A stretch of DNA of 64,000 nt. It comes from an uncultured Nitrospiraceae bacterium. GTDB lineage: Bacteria; Nitrospirota; Nitrospiria; Nitrospirales; Nitrospiraceae. Numbering within the stretch: position 1 is the stretch's first letter; each line of letters begins with the position of its first letter. Positions 49,421 through 58,966 of this stretch are shown piece by piece. The notes beneath the pieces were generated by a model. The model saw nothing but the letters and a program-made list of their open reading frames with translations. It did no database searches and was not told where the DNA came from. A program made the position numbers and the translations under genes. The stretch is from the NCBI GenBank assembly GCA_963730935.1, contig CAVSTP010000003.1, positions 352,001-416,000 on the forward strand, written 5' to 3'.

Positions 49421-50425
49421 ATGAGTATACTGATCGTTGACGACTCTCCAGACGACCGGACCCTCCTTCAGTCTATTCTCACCGCGGCCGGATATGAACA
49501 CATTTTGGTTGCAGATTCAGCTGTGACGGCCTTTCGGCTGCTGGGTCTCGACGGTGGGAAACAGGGCGCGTCGCGCGTCGATCTGATCCTCATGGACATC
49601 ATCATGCCCGAGATGAACGGCATCGAGGCATGCCGGCAAATTAAAGCCGTCGAGCGCTTCCGTGAAACGCCTATCATGATGGTGACGGTCAAAACGGATC
49701 CGGTCGACCTTCAACTGGCCTTTGCTGCCGGAGCTTTGGACTACATTGGAAAACCCGTCAATAAAATCGAACTGTTAACGCGTGTGCGGTCCGTCTTGCG
49801 GCTGGTGCACGAGATCGAACGGCGCCGCGCCCGTGAACAGGAACTGTTGGAGGTCATGCGCCAACTGCAGGAAGCCAATCAAATGCTGTTACGGCTGTCC
49901 TCTTTGGACGGATTGACCGGCATTACCAACCGTCGCCAATTCGACGATTTTTTGGAGCAGGAATGGCGGAGAGCCGTCCGTGAGTCGACGCCACTCTCGC
50001 TCATCATGCTGGATATCGACCGGTTCAAAGTCTACAACGACAGCAACGGGCATACGGCCGGAGATGAATGCTTGCGGCAAGTCGCCAATGCGATTTCCGG
50101 TGCCGTCAACCGTCCGGGAGACCTCGTGGCCCGGTATGGCGGGGACGAGTTTGTCGTTGTGCTTCCAGGTACGGCGACGGACGGTGCAGCGCAGGTTGCG
50201 GAATTGTTGCGGAAGCGCATCGAATCCCTCGACATCACCCATTCCGATGGCGACCACATCACGATCAGCGTCGGCTACGCCAGCACGATCCCAAGCCGGA
50301 GTGCCTCGCCGACTGACCTGATCAAAGCGGCGGACCAGGCGCTGTATCAAGCCAAGCAAGAGGGCCGCAATCGGGCGAAGCAAGCCGGGATTCTCACCCT
50401 GGTTCCCCACTCAGACGACGAATAG
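49421..50425 (+). CDS. REC-GGDEF diguanylate cyclase
   Basis: REC, DGLTG, DIDRFK.YND..GH..GD, RPGD I-site, GGDEF. Confidence 0.93.
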   Translation: MSILIVDDSPDDRTLLQSILTAAGYEHILVADSAVTAFRLLGLDGGKQGASRVDLILMDIIMPEMNGIEACRQIKAVERFRETPIMMVTVKTDPVDLQLAFAAGALDYIGKPVNKIELLTRVRSVLRLVHEIERRRAREQELLEVMRQLQEANQMLLRLSSLDGLTGITNRRQFDDFLEQEWRRAVRESTPLSLIMLDIDRFKVYNDSNGHTAGDECLRQVANAISGAVNRPGDLVARYGGDEFVVVLPGTATDGAAQVAELLRKRIESLDITHSDGDHITISVGYASTIPSRSASPTDLIKAADQALYQAKQEGRNRAKQAGILTLVPHSDDE

Positions 50426-50456
50426 CCGGGGCCCGCGCCCTTCTTGCGCACCATCC

Positions 50457-52196
50457 ATGTCGCAACGTCACGCGCTATCCCGTACCAAGCTTGCCCGAAA
50501 GTCTCCCCCACGCACACTGGCTCAAACCAAGAGCGCGTTGCGTCGGGAACGAGCCGCACGCCGGCGGGAAGCGGTGCAACATGCCGCCACCGAGCAGGCC
50601 CTAGTCGTCGCCAAGGAAGCGGCCGAAGTGGCCAGTAAAGCCAAAACTGAGTTCCTGGCCACGATCAGCCATGAGATCCGCACGCCGATGAACGCAATTG
50701 TCGGAATGGCCGATCTGCTGTGGGACACACAGCTGACCCCTGATCAGCGCAAGTATCTCCGCATTTTTCGACGGGCCGGCAGCAGTCTACTCCAATTGAT
50801 CAACGACATTCTTGACCTTTCCAAGGTGGAGGCCGGCCATATCGAACTCGAGTCGATCGAATTCGACCTGAGCGATCTCATTGAAAAAGCAATCGAAATT
50901 CTCGCGATGCGAGCGAATGAGAAAGGCTTGGAACTGGCGTGTCATCTCGCTCCCGATGTCCCCTGCGCGCTGACCGGCGATCCAAATCGCCTTCACCAGA
51001 TTCTGGTCAATCTCATCAGCAATGCGATCAAGTTCACGGAGAAGGGGTCCGTCATCCTCGAAGTGACGAATGGTGCGGCACAGGGAGGACCGGGCGCCAT
51101 TCATTTTATGGTCAGGGACACCGGTATGGGTATCGCGCAGGACAAGCTGTCGGCGATTTTTGAGCGATTTACGCAAGTCGATGCGTCGATTGCCAGACGC
51201 TACGGCGGTACGGGGCTTGGCCTGACGATCAGCAAACAGTTGGCGGAGTTGATGCGGGGTAGAATCTGGGCCGAAAGTACGGTGGGTGAAGGCAGCACAT
51301 TTCATTGCGCGGTACGACTTGGCATCAAATGCGGCGCGAAGTTGCCGTGTCTGCCGCGTTTGATCGATCTCCACGGTCTCCGGTCCTTGGCGGTCGACGA
51401 TCATCCCATTAACCGCAAGATCCTGCTCGAAACACTGTCGTCTTGGAATGCCCAGGTCACAGCAGTCGGCGACGGACAACAGGCGGTAGCCGCATTGAGG
51501 CAGGCGGCCGAGTCGTCATATCCCTACGGCCTCCTACTCATCGATTGTCGTATGCCGGGCATGGATGGATTTCAAGTCGTGGAAGCGATTCGGCACTCCG
51601 GCTTGGCTGCAGGATTGACCATCGTCATGATGGCATCGGACCACTGGGCTGACGATATTGCCCGCACCTACGATTTGGGGCTGAGCGGGTATTTGACCAA
51701 GCCTATCCGCCGCTCTGATCTCCTGCAAACCCTGAGTATCGCCATGGATCGCGCCCGCGGTGTGCCCGTGACTTCGCCGGTGTGCCGGCCGCCCGTGCCT
51801 GTGGCCACAAGACCACTCCATATTCTGCTTGTGGAGGATTCTCCCGACAACCAGATTTTGGTTCGATCCTATCTGAAGTCCACGCCACATCAGGTGGATG
51901 TGGCCGAACATGGCGGCGTTGCCGTCGAACAATTCAAACAGGGACACTATGACGTGATCCTGATGGATATGAACATGCCGGTAATGGACGGCTACGAGGC
52001 GACGAGAGCCATCCGCGCATGGGAGCAAGAACAGGATTTGGCCAAGACCCAAATCATTGCCTTGACCGCACTCGCGCTAAAGGAAGAAGGCGAGAAAATT
52101 CTCGAAGCCGGCTGCAATGCACACATGACCAAGCCGATCAAACGGCAGACATTGCTCGAAGTACTTCAAGCCTGCGAAGGATACCGACGAACGTGA
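50457..52196 (+). CDS. Cytoplasmic hybrid histidine kinase (HisKA-HATPase-REC-REC), no sensor domain
   Basis: [31 protein letters not shown], two REC domains. Confidence 0.9.
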   Translation: MSQRHALSRTKLARKSPPRTLAQTKSALRRERAARRREAVQHAATEQALVVAKEAAEVASKAKTEFLATISHEIRTPMNAIVGMADLLWDTQLTPDQRKYLRIFRRAGSSLLQLINDILDLSKVEAGHIELESIEFDLSDLIEKAIEILAMRANEKGLELACHLAPDVPCALTGDPNRLHQILVNLISNAIKFTEKGSVILEVTNGAAQGGPGAIHFMVRDTGMGIAQDKLSAIFERFTQVDASIARRYGGTGLGLTISKQLAELMRGRIWAESTVGEGSTFHCAVRLGIKCGAKLPCLPRLIDLHGLRSLAVDDHPINRKILLETLSSWNAQVTAVGDGQQAVAALRQAAESSYPYGLLLIDCRMPGMDGFQVVEAIRHSGLAAGLTIVMMASDHWADDIARTYDLGLSGYLTKPIRRSDLLQTLSIAMDRARGVPVTSPVCRPPVPVATRPLHILLVEDSPDNQILVRSYLKSTPHQVDVAEHGGVAVEQFKQGHYDVILMDMNMPVMDGYEATRAIRAWEQEQDLAKTQIIALTALALKEEGEKILEAGCNAHMTKPIKRQTLLEVLQACEGYRRT

Positions 52197-52516
52197 TGCC
52201 AAACGGTAACAAGTCTCGACGAGTCACCGTCTCGATCGATCCCGACCTACAAGAACTTATCCCCGGCTTCCTGGAGAACCGGCGGAAGGACGCAGCGACG
52301 TTGGCGCGCGCCGCGAAGGCCGGCGACGAGAAGACCGTACGTCTGCTGGGCCATCGGATGAAAGGCGACGGCGGGGGTTACGGCTTTCAGGAAATCAGCC
52401 AGATCGGTGAGGCGCTTGAACAAGCCGCCACCAGACAAGATTGGAAAGTGATCGTCGAAAAGACCGAGGCGCTGACGGCATTTCTGGCACAGGTCGATGT
52501 CGTATACCGGAGGTAG
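52196..52516 (+). CDS. Hpt phosphotransfer protein
   Basis: GHRMKGDGGGYG; ATG overlaps the kinase stop. Confidence 0.85.
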   Translation: MPNGNKSRRVTVSIDPDLQELIPGFLENRRKDAATLARAAKAGDEKTVRLLGHRMKGDGGGYGFQEISQIGEALEQAATRQDWKVIVEKTEALTAFLAQVDVVYRR

Positions 52517-53283
52517 GGCCACGGGTTGGTTCATCCGGAGCCGCCTCTCAGTGACTGCTTCTTCTCTTCCTTTCTGCCAAGAACCTTCCAAAAGAAGGCA
52601 CAGAGCTCTCAACGACGAGCGAAGGTTATCACTGGCCTTCCCGCACCGTTATACTAGACCGCCCGATTTCGGTTGTAGTGTTTTGCGAATAGAAGACGAA
52701 CTAACCGTATGCGAGCCCGAGCCAAAACGTCCGATCGTCGCGGTGATCCCGAGCTTTCCCGTTGTTGTGAAGCCAGAACTGGGAGGGAAGCTGTAGGGCG
52801 GCGTGCGATCGGTCAAATACATCTGCCCCCATCCAGGTACACCGTTGCCATGACATCACGCAAATCGGTCGTGGAGCCCTCCACACCCCAGGTCGCAAGG
52901 ATAGGATTGCCGATAACCATCGTCAGGTTCGCGAGCGCCGGGACCGGGGCAGCCGTCTGAGGAGTAAACGTCAGAAGGTTGCTGCTTTCCGATTCACAGT
53001 TCATCCGATCCTCCGTTTTCATGTGTGTAGGAGAAGACATGCTTCTTCAGCAACCGTCATAAACTGAGGTCGTATGAGGAGACGCTCCAAAATTGAGGAT
53101 GCAGGGAAAAGAAACGTGATTGCGCCGCGAAGATAGCTGTAACGACAAATAACTAAAATTCTATTCTCTACAATAATATGCTGATGGAGACGACGAGACA
53201 GTTACCGTTAAAAATAAGTTATGAAATAACGAGGATCGGCTAAATGTTGAGGCAGGCCTTAGTTATTGCCGAAAGGAAAAAGA

Positions 53284-54003
53284 CTAGCGGGCAGGAAGTG
53301 CATTCTTACTGTGAGCGGGGGCCGATGTCGGTCCCTTGCCGCACGCCAGCTTCGACAGGGTCTCACCTAGACCCATGCGAGTTGGCATCCACGTTGCGGG
53401 TGAGAAGAGAGGAGAGCTCATATAGACGACGTTGCCGCTTCCCATGTGGCCTGAAAACTCAGTCACGCTGAGCATGCGCTTCATGGCTTCCTTACAATTG
53501 TATTCATTCTGAACTTTTTTGGACAAGTAGGCATGACCCACCGCCGACTGTGCGGTCTTATTGTCGTACAACACCGACATCTCCGCAATGTCTCCCTTGC
53601 GACGAATTGTGTCTGGATCAACATAAACTGTCTCTCCGGCCTCGACATTCACGCTCACCTGTACCCACTCTCCATACGCCGGCGCACTACTCAGTGTCAG
53701 CAGGGTAAGCAAGGCGAGGCGTTTCAGGTTGCGTTTCGGCTGGTGGGATTTCCGTTGGTCTCTTTGCGGCAGGCATTGTTCAGGTACGTCATGTCGAACA
53801 ATTGCTTCAGAGCAGACACGGGCTTCTTCATTCAAGTAATCCGGTCGCACATCCTCTCGCAGCACATGCTCTCGTTGACGCGCCAGATGATTCTCCACGC
53901 TGACCGAATCCTGAACCCGGCCGCATTTCAAACATCGCCACCTGGCCGTCCAGTCCATGAAACGATCTTCTACAAGGAGAGTTCCACAATGCGCACAGAT
54001 CAT
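53284..54003 (-). CDS. Chimeric ORF: N-terminal CxxC zinc ribbon + internal signal peptide + surface-adhesin-E-like domain
   Basis: CAHC/CLKC; LKRLALLTLLTLSSAPAYG-EW; YVDPDTIRR.G..M..LYD..S...EYNC; GGAGG RBS. Confidence 0.6.
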   Translation of the reverse strand: MICAHCGTLLVEDRFMDWTARWRCLKCGRVQDSVSVENHLARQREHVLREDVRPDYLNEEARVCSEAIVRHDVPEQCLPQRDQRKSHQPKRNLKRLALLTLLTLSSAPAYGEWVQVSVNVEAGETVYVDPDTIRRKGDIAEMSVLYDNKTAQSAVGHAYLSKKVQNEYNCKEAMKRMLSVTEFSGHMGSGNVVYMSSPLFSPATWMPTRMGLGETLSKLACGKGPTSAPAHSKNALPAR

Positions 54004-54546
54004 GTCGCCTCCAAATGAACAAGCTGGATGATCATGCAGACGACTCAGACCATCCTCTCCATCTGAGTTAACATACCTAGAGAATGAGGGGAAAGCTATC
54101 CCACGTTGGAATCAATACGCCTTCGAAAGTGGCATTACACTCTCCAATCTGAGGTTAGCACGCTTCCCCTCAACCTTCCTCCCGCCTCTTGCGACTCACT
54201 CTGACGCATTCCAACAATCGGTGACCAAAATCTCGGGCTTTGGCTGGAGCGGACTGGGATCAAGACCCAAAGCCTGACATTCGCCTTGGTAGTCGTAAAG
54301 ACCTCTGGGAACGAAAAGGTGATGCTTGATGCCAACTCCTGGCAACGAATGCCATCAAAATTTGTCATTCCGCAACATTTTTGTTCATGCGGAACAGCAC
54401 GTGATTCTCTCAAATGACCTGAATGTAGCGGGATTTGCTGCATATGGTGATCAATGGAGTTCAGGTCCGAAGCTTGCTGAGCATGCAATAGGTTAGAGGA
54501 ACAACAGTCCCTTGTTATGTAGGCCCATCCACAAAGAAGGACGAGA

Positions 54547-54888
54547 ATGAAACAGCTGAAGAGCATCATGGCGATAACCGTGTGTGCCGCTGTTATGTCT
54601 ACAGGGGTCGCATTCGCCTCCATGGACGGGCTGGATACCGCCAAGATGGAGACCGCGCCCGGACCAGCCTTTACTACCGTCGATGGAAAGATCACAAAAA
54701 TCGAAGGATCGGTGTACACGATTCAAAGCGAATCGACAGGGTATCAGAACCTCGGCAACACGACGAACGTCAGCGAGATGAAGATCTACGTCGGCCAGCA
54801 AACCAAGAAACTCCACGGGGACAAGAAGGTAGGAGATAAGGTGCGGGCTGAGATCACGCGGGGCGGTTTTGCTAATTCCATTCAGTGA
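54547..54888 (+). CDS. Small secreted OB-fold-like protein
   Basis: Signal peptide ending AFA; V.GKITKIEG..Y..KVGDKVRAEI; hairpin after stop. Confidence 0.75.
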   Translation: MKQLKSIMAITVCAAVMSTGVAFASMDGLDTAKMETAPGPAFTTVDGKITKIEGSVYTIQSESTGYQNLGNTTNVSEMKIYVGQQTKKLHGDKKVGDKVRAEITRGGFANSIQ

Positions 54889-54964
54889 GGGGCACCCCCC
54901 TCGCATGAACCTGGCGAAGTAAGTGATGACGTCCATTCCAAGAGGTAGATCATAGGTCACTACG

Positions 54965-56629
54965 GTGGTACGCGTGAGGAATCAACCCATCCGACACACC
55001 GATAGAGAACTGCGAGCCTTCACCCCATACATCCCCTTCGCCGTAGGTCTCAGGGCACAAGCTACCTGTCTTCCAGGCTCAACAAGTCACTGTCGGGTCA
55101 TTCGTCAAACGGTGTGCGCCATCGGTATCACTGTCGGATTCTGTCTGCTCCTATTTGCTCTGTGGGTTCCCCCACGGACTGCCTGCGCGGCAGAGCCGGC
55201 GATGATCGACCCCCGAACACTGACTTTTAATGCAATTGAATTTGTCCCGCCGGAACCAGACCGTGTGGTTCTGGAAAACGGCATGGTGATTTATTTATTG
55301 GAAGACCATGAACTCCCGCTGATCACGATTGGCGTGTTGATGCGAACCGGCAGTTGGCTTGATCCGCCTGACAAAGTTGGCCTCGCTGCCTTGACCGGAA
55401 ACGTCATGCAGAGCGGAGGAGGAGGCGGCTTGTCGGCGGCAGAGGTCGATGACGAACTGACACAGTTCGCCGGACGAATGACTATTGCGATAGGCCGGCA
55501 GTCGGGATCCGCATCCCTAGACGTGATGCCGAAGGACGTTCAGCAAGCGTTGCGTCTTTTCGCTGGCGTACTGCGGACACCCGCATTCGATCCTGCGCGT
55601 GTGGATCTTGCTAAGCTACAGGCCATTGAGCGGATCCGCAGACGAGAGGACGAGCCCGAGTCCATCGCCAGTCGTGAATTCACCAAGCTGCTTTACGGTC
55701 CCGGTCACCCCACCGCACGGGAAAGTTCCATTGAATCAGTGGCACGCATTCGCAGAGAAGATCTCATCGCCTTTCATCAGAATACAATCCATCCCAACGG
55801 AATCATTCTCGGTGTCACCGGCGATTTCATAAAGGACGAGATGGTGGCATCGCTCCGGGAGGCATTTGGAGATTGGCGGAGGGGACCTGTGCCGGAAGTC
55901 AAAATTGACGATGTTCCGGAGAGTGAGGCCGCAAGAGCGGTGGTTCACTTCATCAGTAAAGACACCTCACAGACTCATCTTCGAGCGGGGCGTCTGTCGG
56001 TCAAGGAAACCGATGCGGATTACGTCCCTCTGCTGGTAGCCAACGATATTTTGGGCGGCAATTCGCTTATCGGACGGCTGTTCAATGAAGTGCGGACGAA
56101 GCGGGGGCTGGCGTACTCGGTTGGCAGCGAGCTGAGTACGGGGATATACAATCAAGGCATGTGGCTCGTGTGGGCCGAAACTAAGATGCCCTCTACGAAG
56201 GAAGTCCTTGGACAGTTGGTCTCAAACATCGAGCGAATGCGAGCGGAACCCGTGAGCGACGCGGAACTGACTCAAGCCAAAGACTCCTATGTGAATTCGT
56301 CGGTCTTTGACGTGTCCAGCTCATCGAAGATCGTGAGCCGGCTCATGAAATTGGAGTACGATCGTTTGCCGAAAGATTTTTATCAGCAGCTCCGCGAAAA
56401 GATTCTCATGGTATCGAAGGAAGATATTTTGGCTGTCGGGAGGAAATATCTTCGGGGGGATCACTTGAAAATCGTCGCCGTGGGATCGGGCGAGACACTG
56501 TCCGAAGCGCTTTCGACATTTGGCAATGTGAAGGAAATTAGCCTGAATTCTGAGGGTGAAATGCACGGGGTGATGACGAGCCAGCTCTGCTTTGATAACT
56601 CCCAAAGTGACCCTTCCTGTTCCCGTTGA
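54965..56629 (+). CDS. M16 (insulinase-family) peptidase, non-catalytic-type subunit
   Basis: LENGM, DHELP, GLA.LT..M without HxxEH, RLFNEVR..RGLAY; start uncertain. Confidence 0.85.
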   Translation: MVRVRNQPIRHTDRELRAFTPYIPFAVGLRAQATCLPGSTSHCRVIRQTVCAIGITVGFCLLLFALWVPPRTACAAEPAMIDPRTLTFNAIEFVPPEPDRVVLENGMVIYLLEDHELPLITIGVLMRTGSWLDPPDKVGLAALTGNVMQSGGGGGLSAAEVDDELTQFAGRMTIAIGRQSGSASLDVMPKDVQQALRLFAGVLRTPAFDPARVDLAKLQAIERIRRREDEPESIASREFTKLLYGPGHPTARESSIESVARIRREDLIAFHQNTIHPNGIILGVTGDFIKDEMVASLREAFGDWRRGPVPEVKIDDVPESEAARAVVHFISKDTSQTHLRAGRLSVKETDADYVPLLVANDILGGNSLIGRLFNEVRTKRGLAYSVGSELSTGIYNQGMWLVWAETKMPSTKEVLGQLVSNIERMRAEPVSDAELTQAKDSYVNSSVFDVSSSSKIVSRLMKLEYDRLPKDFYQQLREKILMVSKEDILAVGRKYLRGDHLKIVAVGSGETLSEALSTFGNVKEISLNSEGEMHGVMTSQLCFDNSQSDPSCSR

Positions 56630-57130
56630 CCGTGAGTGTCCAGTCGTTTCTATTGGCCCGCCCTTCCGCTCATAGAATAATCGAGACGCCCGTCGTGTGG
56701 TCGTAGAGTCTAAGCGGCGTGAGCGTACTGAGCGCTAGTACCGTTAAAGCGGCGACGTAATAGGAAATGGTGGAGGGCAGCCGATCCAACCGTCGTTGGT
56801 ATCTCTCCTTCTCTTTGACATTCCACGAGTTGCCTGGCGGCCTAGATGCCCGACCAGCGGTCAAGCAGACTAGAACAGAATGGCTCCGCTGCCGAATCCT
56901 CGCCCCGATCCTTGGCGGAATCTTCGAACAGTAACCTCAAATATTACACAGCCCTTACAAAACTTTTACACACAACAGCCTTCACGCATCCGCCTTTCGC
57001 AAGATGATAGGCTGAAAAGACCTGCGCTATCACATGCTATCAATTGCGACAACCGTGAATAATTCGTCATTTTTGGCAATGGGTATGCGCACCGCTCTTA
57101 GTCTCCCACTTTTTCAGTAACACAATCGTC

Positions 57131-57166
57131 CTACCCTCAAAAGATGGGGCTTCCCCCCTTAATGAT
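57131..57166 (+). promoter_or_regulatory. Conserved upstream box, copy 1
   Basis: ctaccctcaaaagatggggcttccccccttaatgat. Confidence 0.6.
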
Positions 57167-57248
57167 TTTATAAAAATTTTGTAACACGGGTATAAGATGC
57201 AAGTCTGGAATTTGGTAATGAATCAACAATTCTTGTAGGAGATAGGAA

Positions 57249-58757
57249 ATGACGGAATTGTCACGACGGACCGCCTTCACGATGCTCCCGATGTTTCTGG
57301 TAGCAGGCTTCTTCCTTAGCGCGTGTGGTAGTGGTGGTGATGGCGCAAACGGCAGTACTTCGTCGTCTGGCTCCCCAGCACCGATCGTGGCGCAGCTCGT
57401 TCAACAAGGCTATCTCAAAGCGTCGAATACTAATGCTGACGATCTCTTTGGATTTAATGTCGCGCTTTCCGGTGACACGCTGGTCGTCGGAGCCCCGCAG
57501 GAAGACAGTAACGCGACCGGAGTGAATGGCAATCAAGCCGACAATAGCGCGCCAAACAGCGGCGCCGTCTATGTGTTCACGCGCACCGGTGGAGTCTGGA
57601 CTCAGCAGGCCTATCTCAAGGCCTCCAATACCGATGCTGGGGACCAGTTCGGAGTCTTCATTGCCCTCTCAGGCGACACACTCGCGGTGGGCGCTCAGTT
57701 TGAGGCCAGCAATGCAACGGGGGTCAATGGCGATCAGACCGACAATAGCGCGCCACAGGCCGGAGCGGTCTATGTGTTCACGCGTGCCAATGGGGTCTGG
57801 ACACAGCAGGCCTATCTCAAAGCCTCAAATACCGGTGCAGGAGACCAGTTTGGAGTCAACGTGGCCATCGCAGGCGACACCTTAGCCGTCGGAGCGTACG
57901 GCGAGGCCAGCAATGCCACTGGCATCAATGGCAATGAGGCGGACGATAGTGTGCCCGGCAGCGGAGCGGTCTATGTGTTCACGCGTATCGCGGGCGTCTG
58001 GACGCAGCAGGCCTATCTCAAAGCCTCAAACGCCGGCGGCTTATTCGGATACGGTCTTGCACTCGCGGGCGACACACTTGCGGTGGGCGCTCCGTTTGAA
58101 GCCAGTAACGCGACGGGCATCAATGGTGATCAGACCGACAATAGTGCACCCAACGCCGGAGCGGCTTATGTCTTCACGCGTACAGCGGGAGTCTGGTCTC
58201 AGCAAGCCTATCTCAAAGCTTCGAACACCGATGCCGGGGACAGATTTGGTGAAGACGTCGTTCTTGACGGTGATACCCTTGCGGTCGGAGCGCGGTTTGA
58301 AGCCAGTAACGCGACGGGCATCAATGGTGATCAGACGGACAATAGTGCGCCCAACGCGGGAGCGGCTTATGTCTTCACACGGGCGGCCGGAGTCTGGTCT
58401 CAGCAAGCCTATGTCAAGGCCTCAAACGCTGGAGCCAATCACAATTTCGGCGGGATACTCACCATCGCCGGAGATCTCCTGGCCGTTGGTGCACGGCTCG
58501 AAGATAGCGATGCGACCGGGATCAATGGCAATCAGGGGAACAGCAACGCGCCTGACAGCGGCGCCGCCTATGTCTTCGCGAGAAGCGGCGGAGCGTGGAC
58601 ACAGAAAGCCTATCTGAAAGCCTCCAACACGAATGCAGGAGCTCAATTTGGGGATGCTGTCGCGCTTTCTGGCAGTTCTCTGGCCGTTGGCGCATGGTTT
58701 GAAGCGAACAACAGCGCTCCAAAGAGCGGGGCCGTCTATGTATTCGACGGGCTGTAA
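57249..58757 (+). CDS. FG-GAP repeat (integrin-alpha-like 7-blade propeller) lipoprotein, paralog 1
   Basis: LSAC lipobox; 7 repeats of YLKASN..D.FG..VA..GDTLAVGA..E..GAVYVF. Confidence 0.9.
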   Translation: MTELSRRTAFTMLPMFLVAGFFLSACGSGGDGANGSTSSSGSPAPIVAQLVQQGYLKASNTNADDLFGFNVALSGDTLVVGAPQEDSNATGVNGNQADNSAPNSGAVYVFTRTGGVWTQQAYLKASNTDAGDQFGVFIALSGDTLAVGAQFEASNATGVNGDQTDNSAPQAGAVYVFTRANGVWTQQAYLKASNTGAGDQFGVNVAIAGDTLAVGAYGEASNATGINGNEADDSVPGSGAVYVFTRIAGVWTQQAYLKASNAGGLFGYGLALAGDTLAVGAPFEASNATGINGDQTDNSAPNAGAAYVFTRTAGVWSQQAYLKASNTDAGDRFGEDVVLDGDTLAVGARFEASNATGINGDQTDNSAPNAGAAYVFTRAAGVWSQQAYVKASNAGANHNFGGILTIAGDLLAVGARLEDSDATGINGNQGNSNAPDSGAAYVFARSGGAWTQKAYLKASNTNAGAQFGDAVALSGSSLAVGAWFEANNSAPKSGAVYVFDGL

Positions 58758-58847
58758 GGTTATCAACGAATGACTTCATTCTTAGGATAGGGGGCCGCTG
58801 CACATGGGTTGGATGCTCGCGACAGTTGTTTCAGTAACATGTTTTCC

Positions 58848-58883
58848 CTACATCCAAAAGATGGGGGTCCCCCCCTTAATGAT
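58848..58883 (+). promoter_or_regulatory. Conserved upstream box, copy 2
   Basis: ctacatccaaaagatgggggtcccccccttaatgat. Confidence 0.6.
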
Positions 58884-58966
58884 TTTGGAAGAATCTGACA
58901 TTGAGAATATATGATGTACGCACGGTAGTTAGTGATATGAGGCAATTCTAACCGTAGGAGCTAGAA

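Noticed and set aside
52813..53040. 75-aa minus-strand ORF
   Set aside because: An RBS-like sequence precedes an internal ATG, but there are no recognisable protein features; may be spurious or a remnant
56881..56929. tggctcc...ttcgaac resembling a tRNA 3' remnant or recombinase tail
   Set aside because: Spacing is wrong for a T-arm; no cloverleaf or upstream recombinase ORF
57074..57088. sigma54-like TGGCA-N7-TGC upstream of paralog 1
   Set aside because: Imperfect -12 element and not present before paralogs 2 and 3
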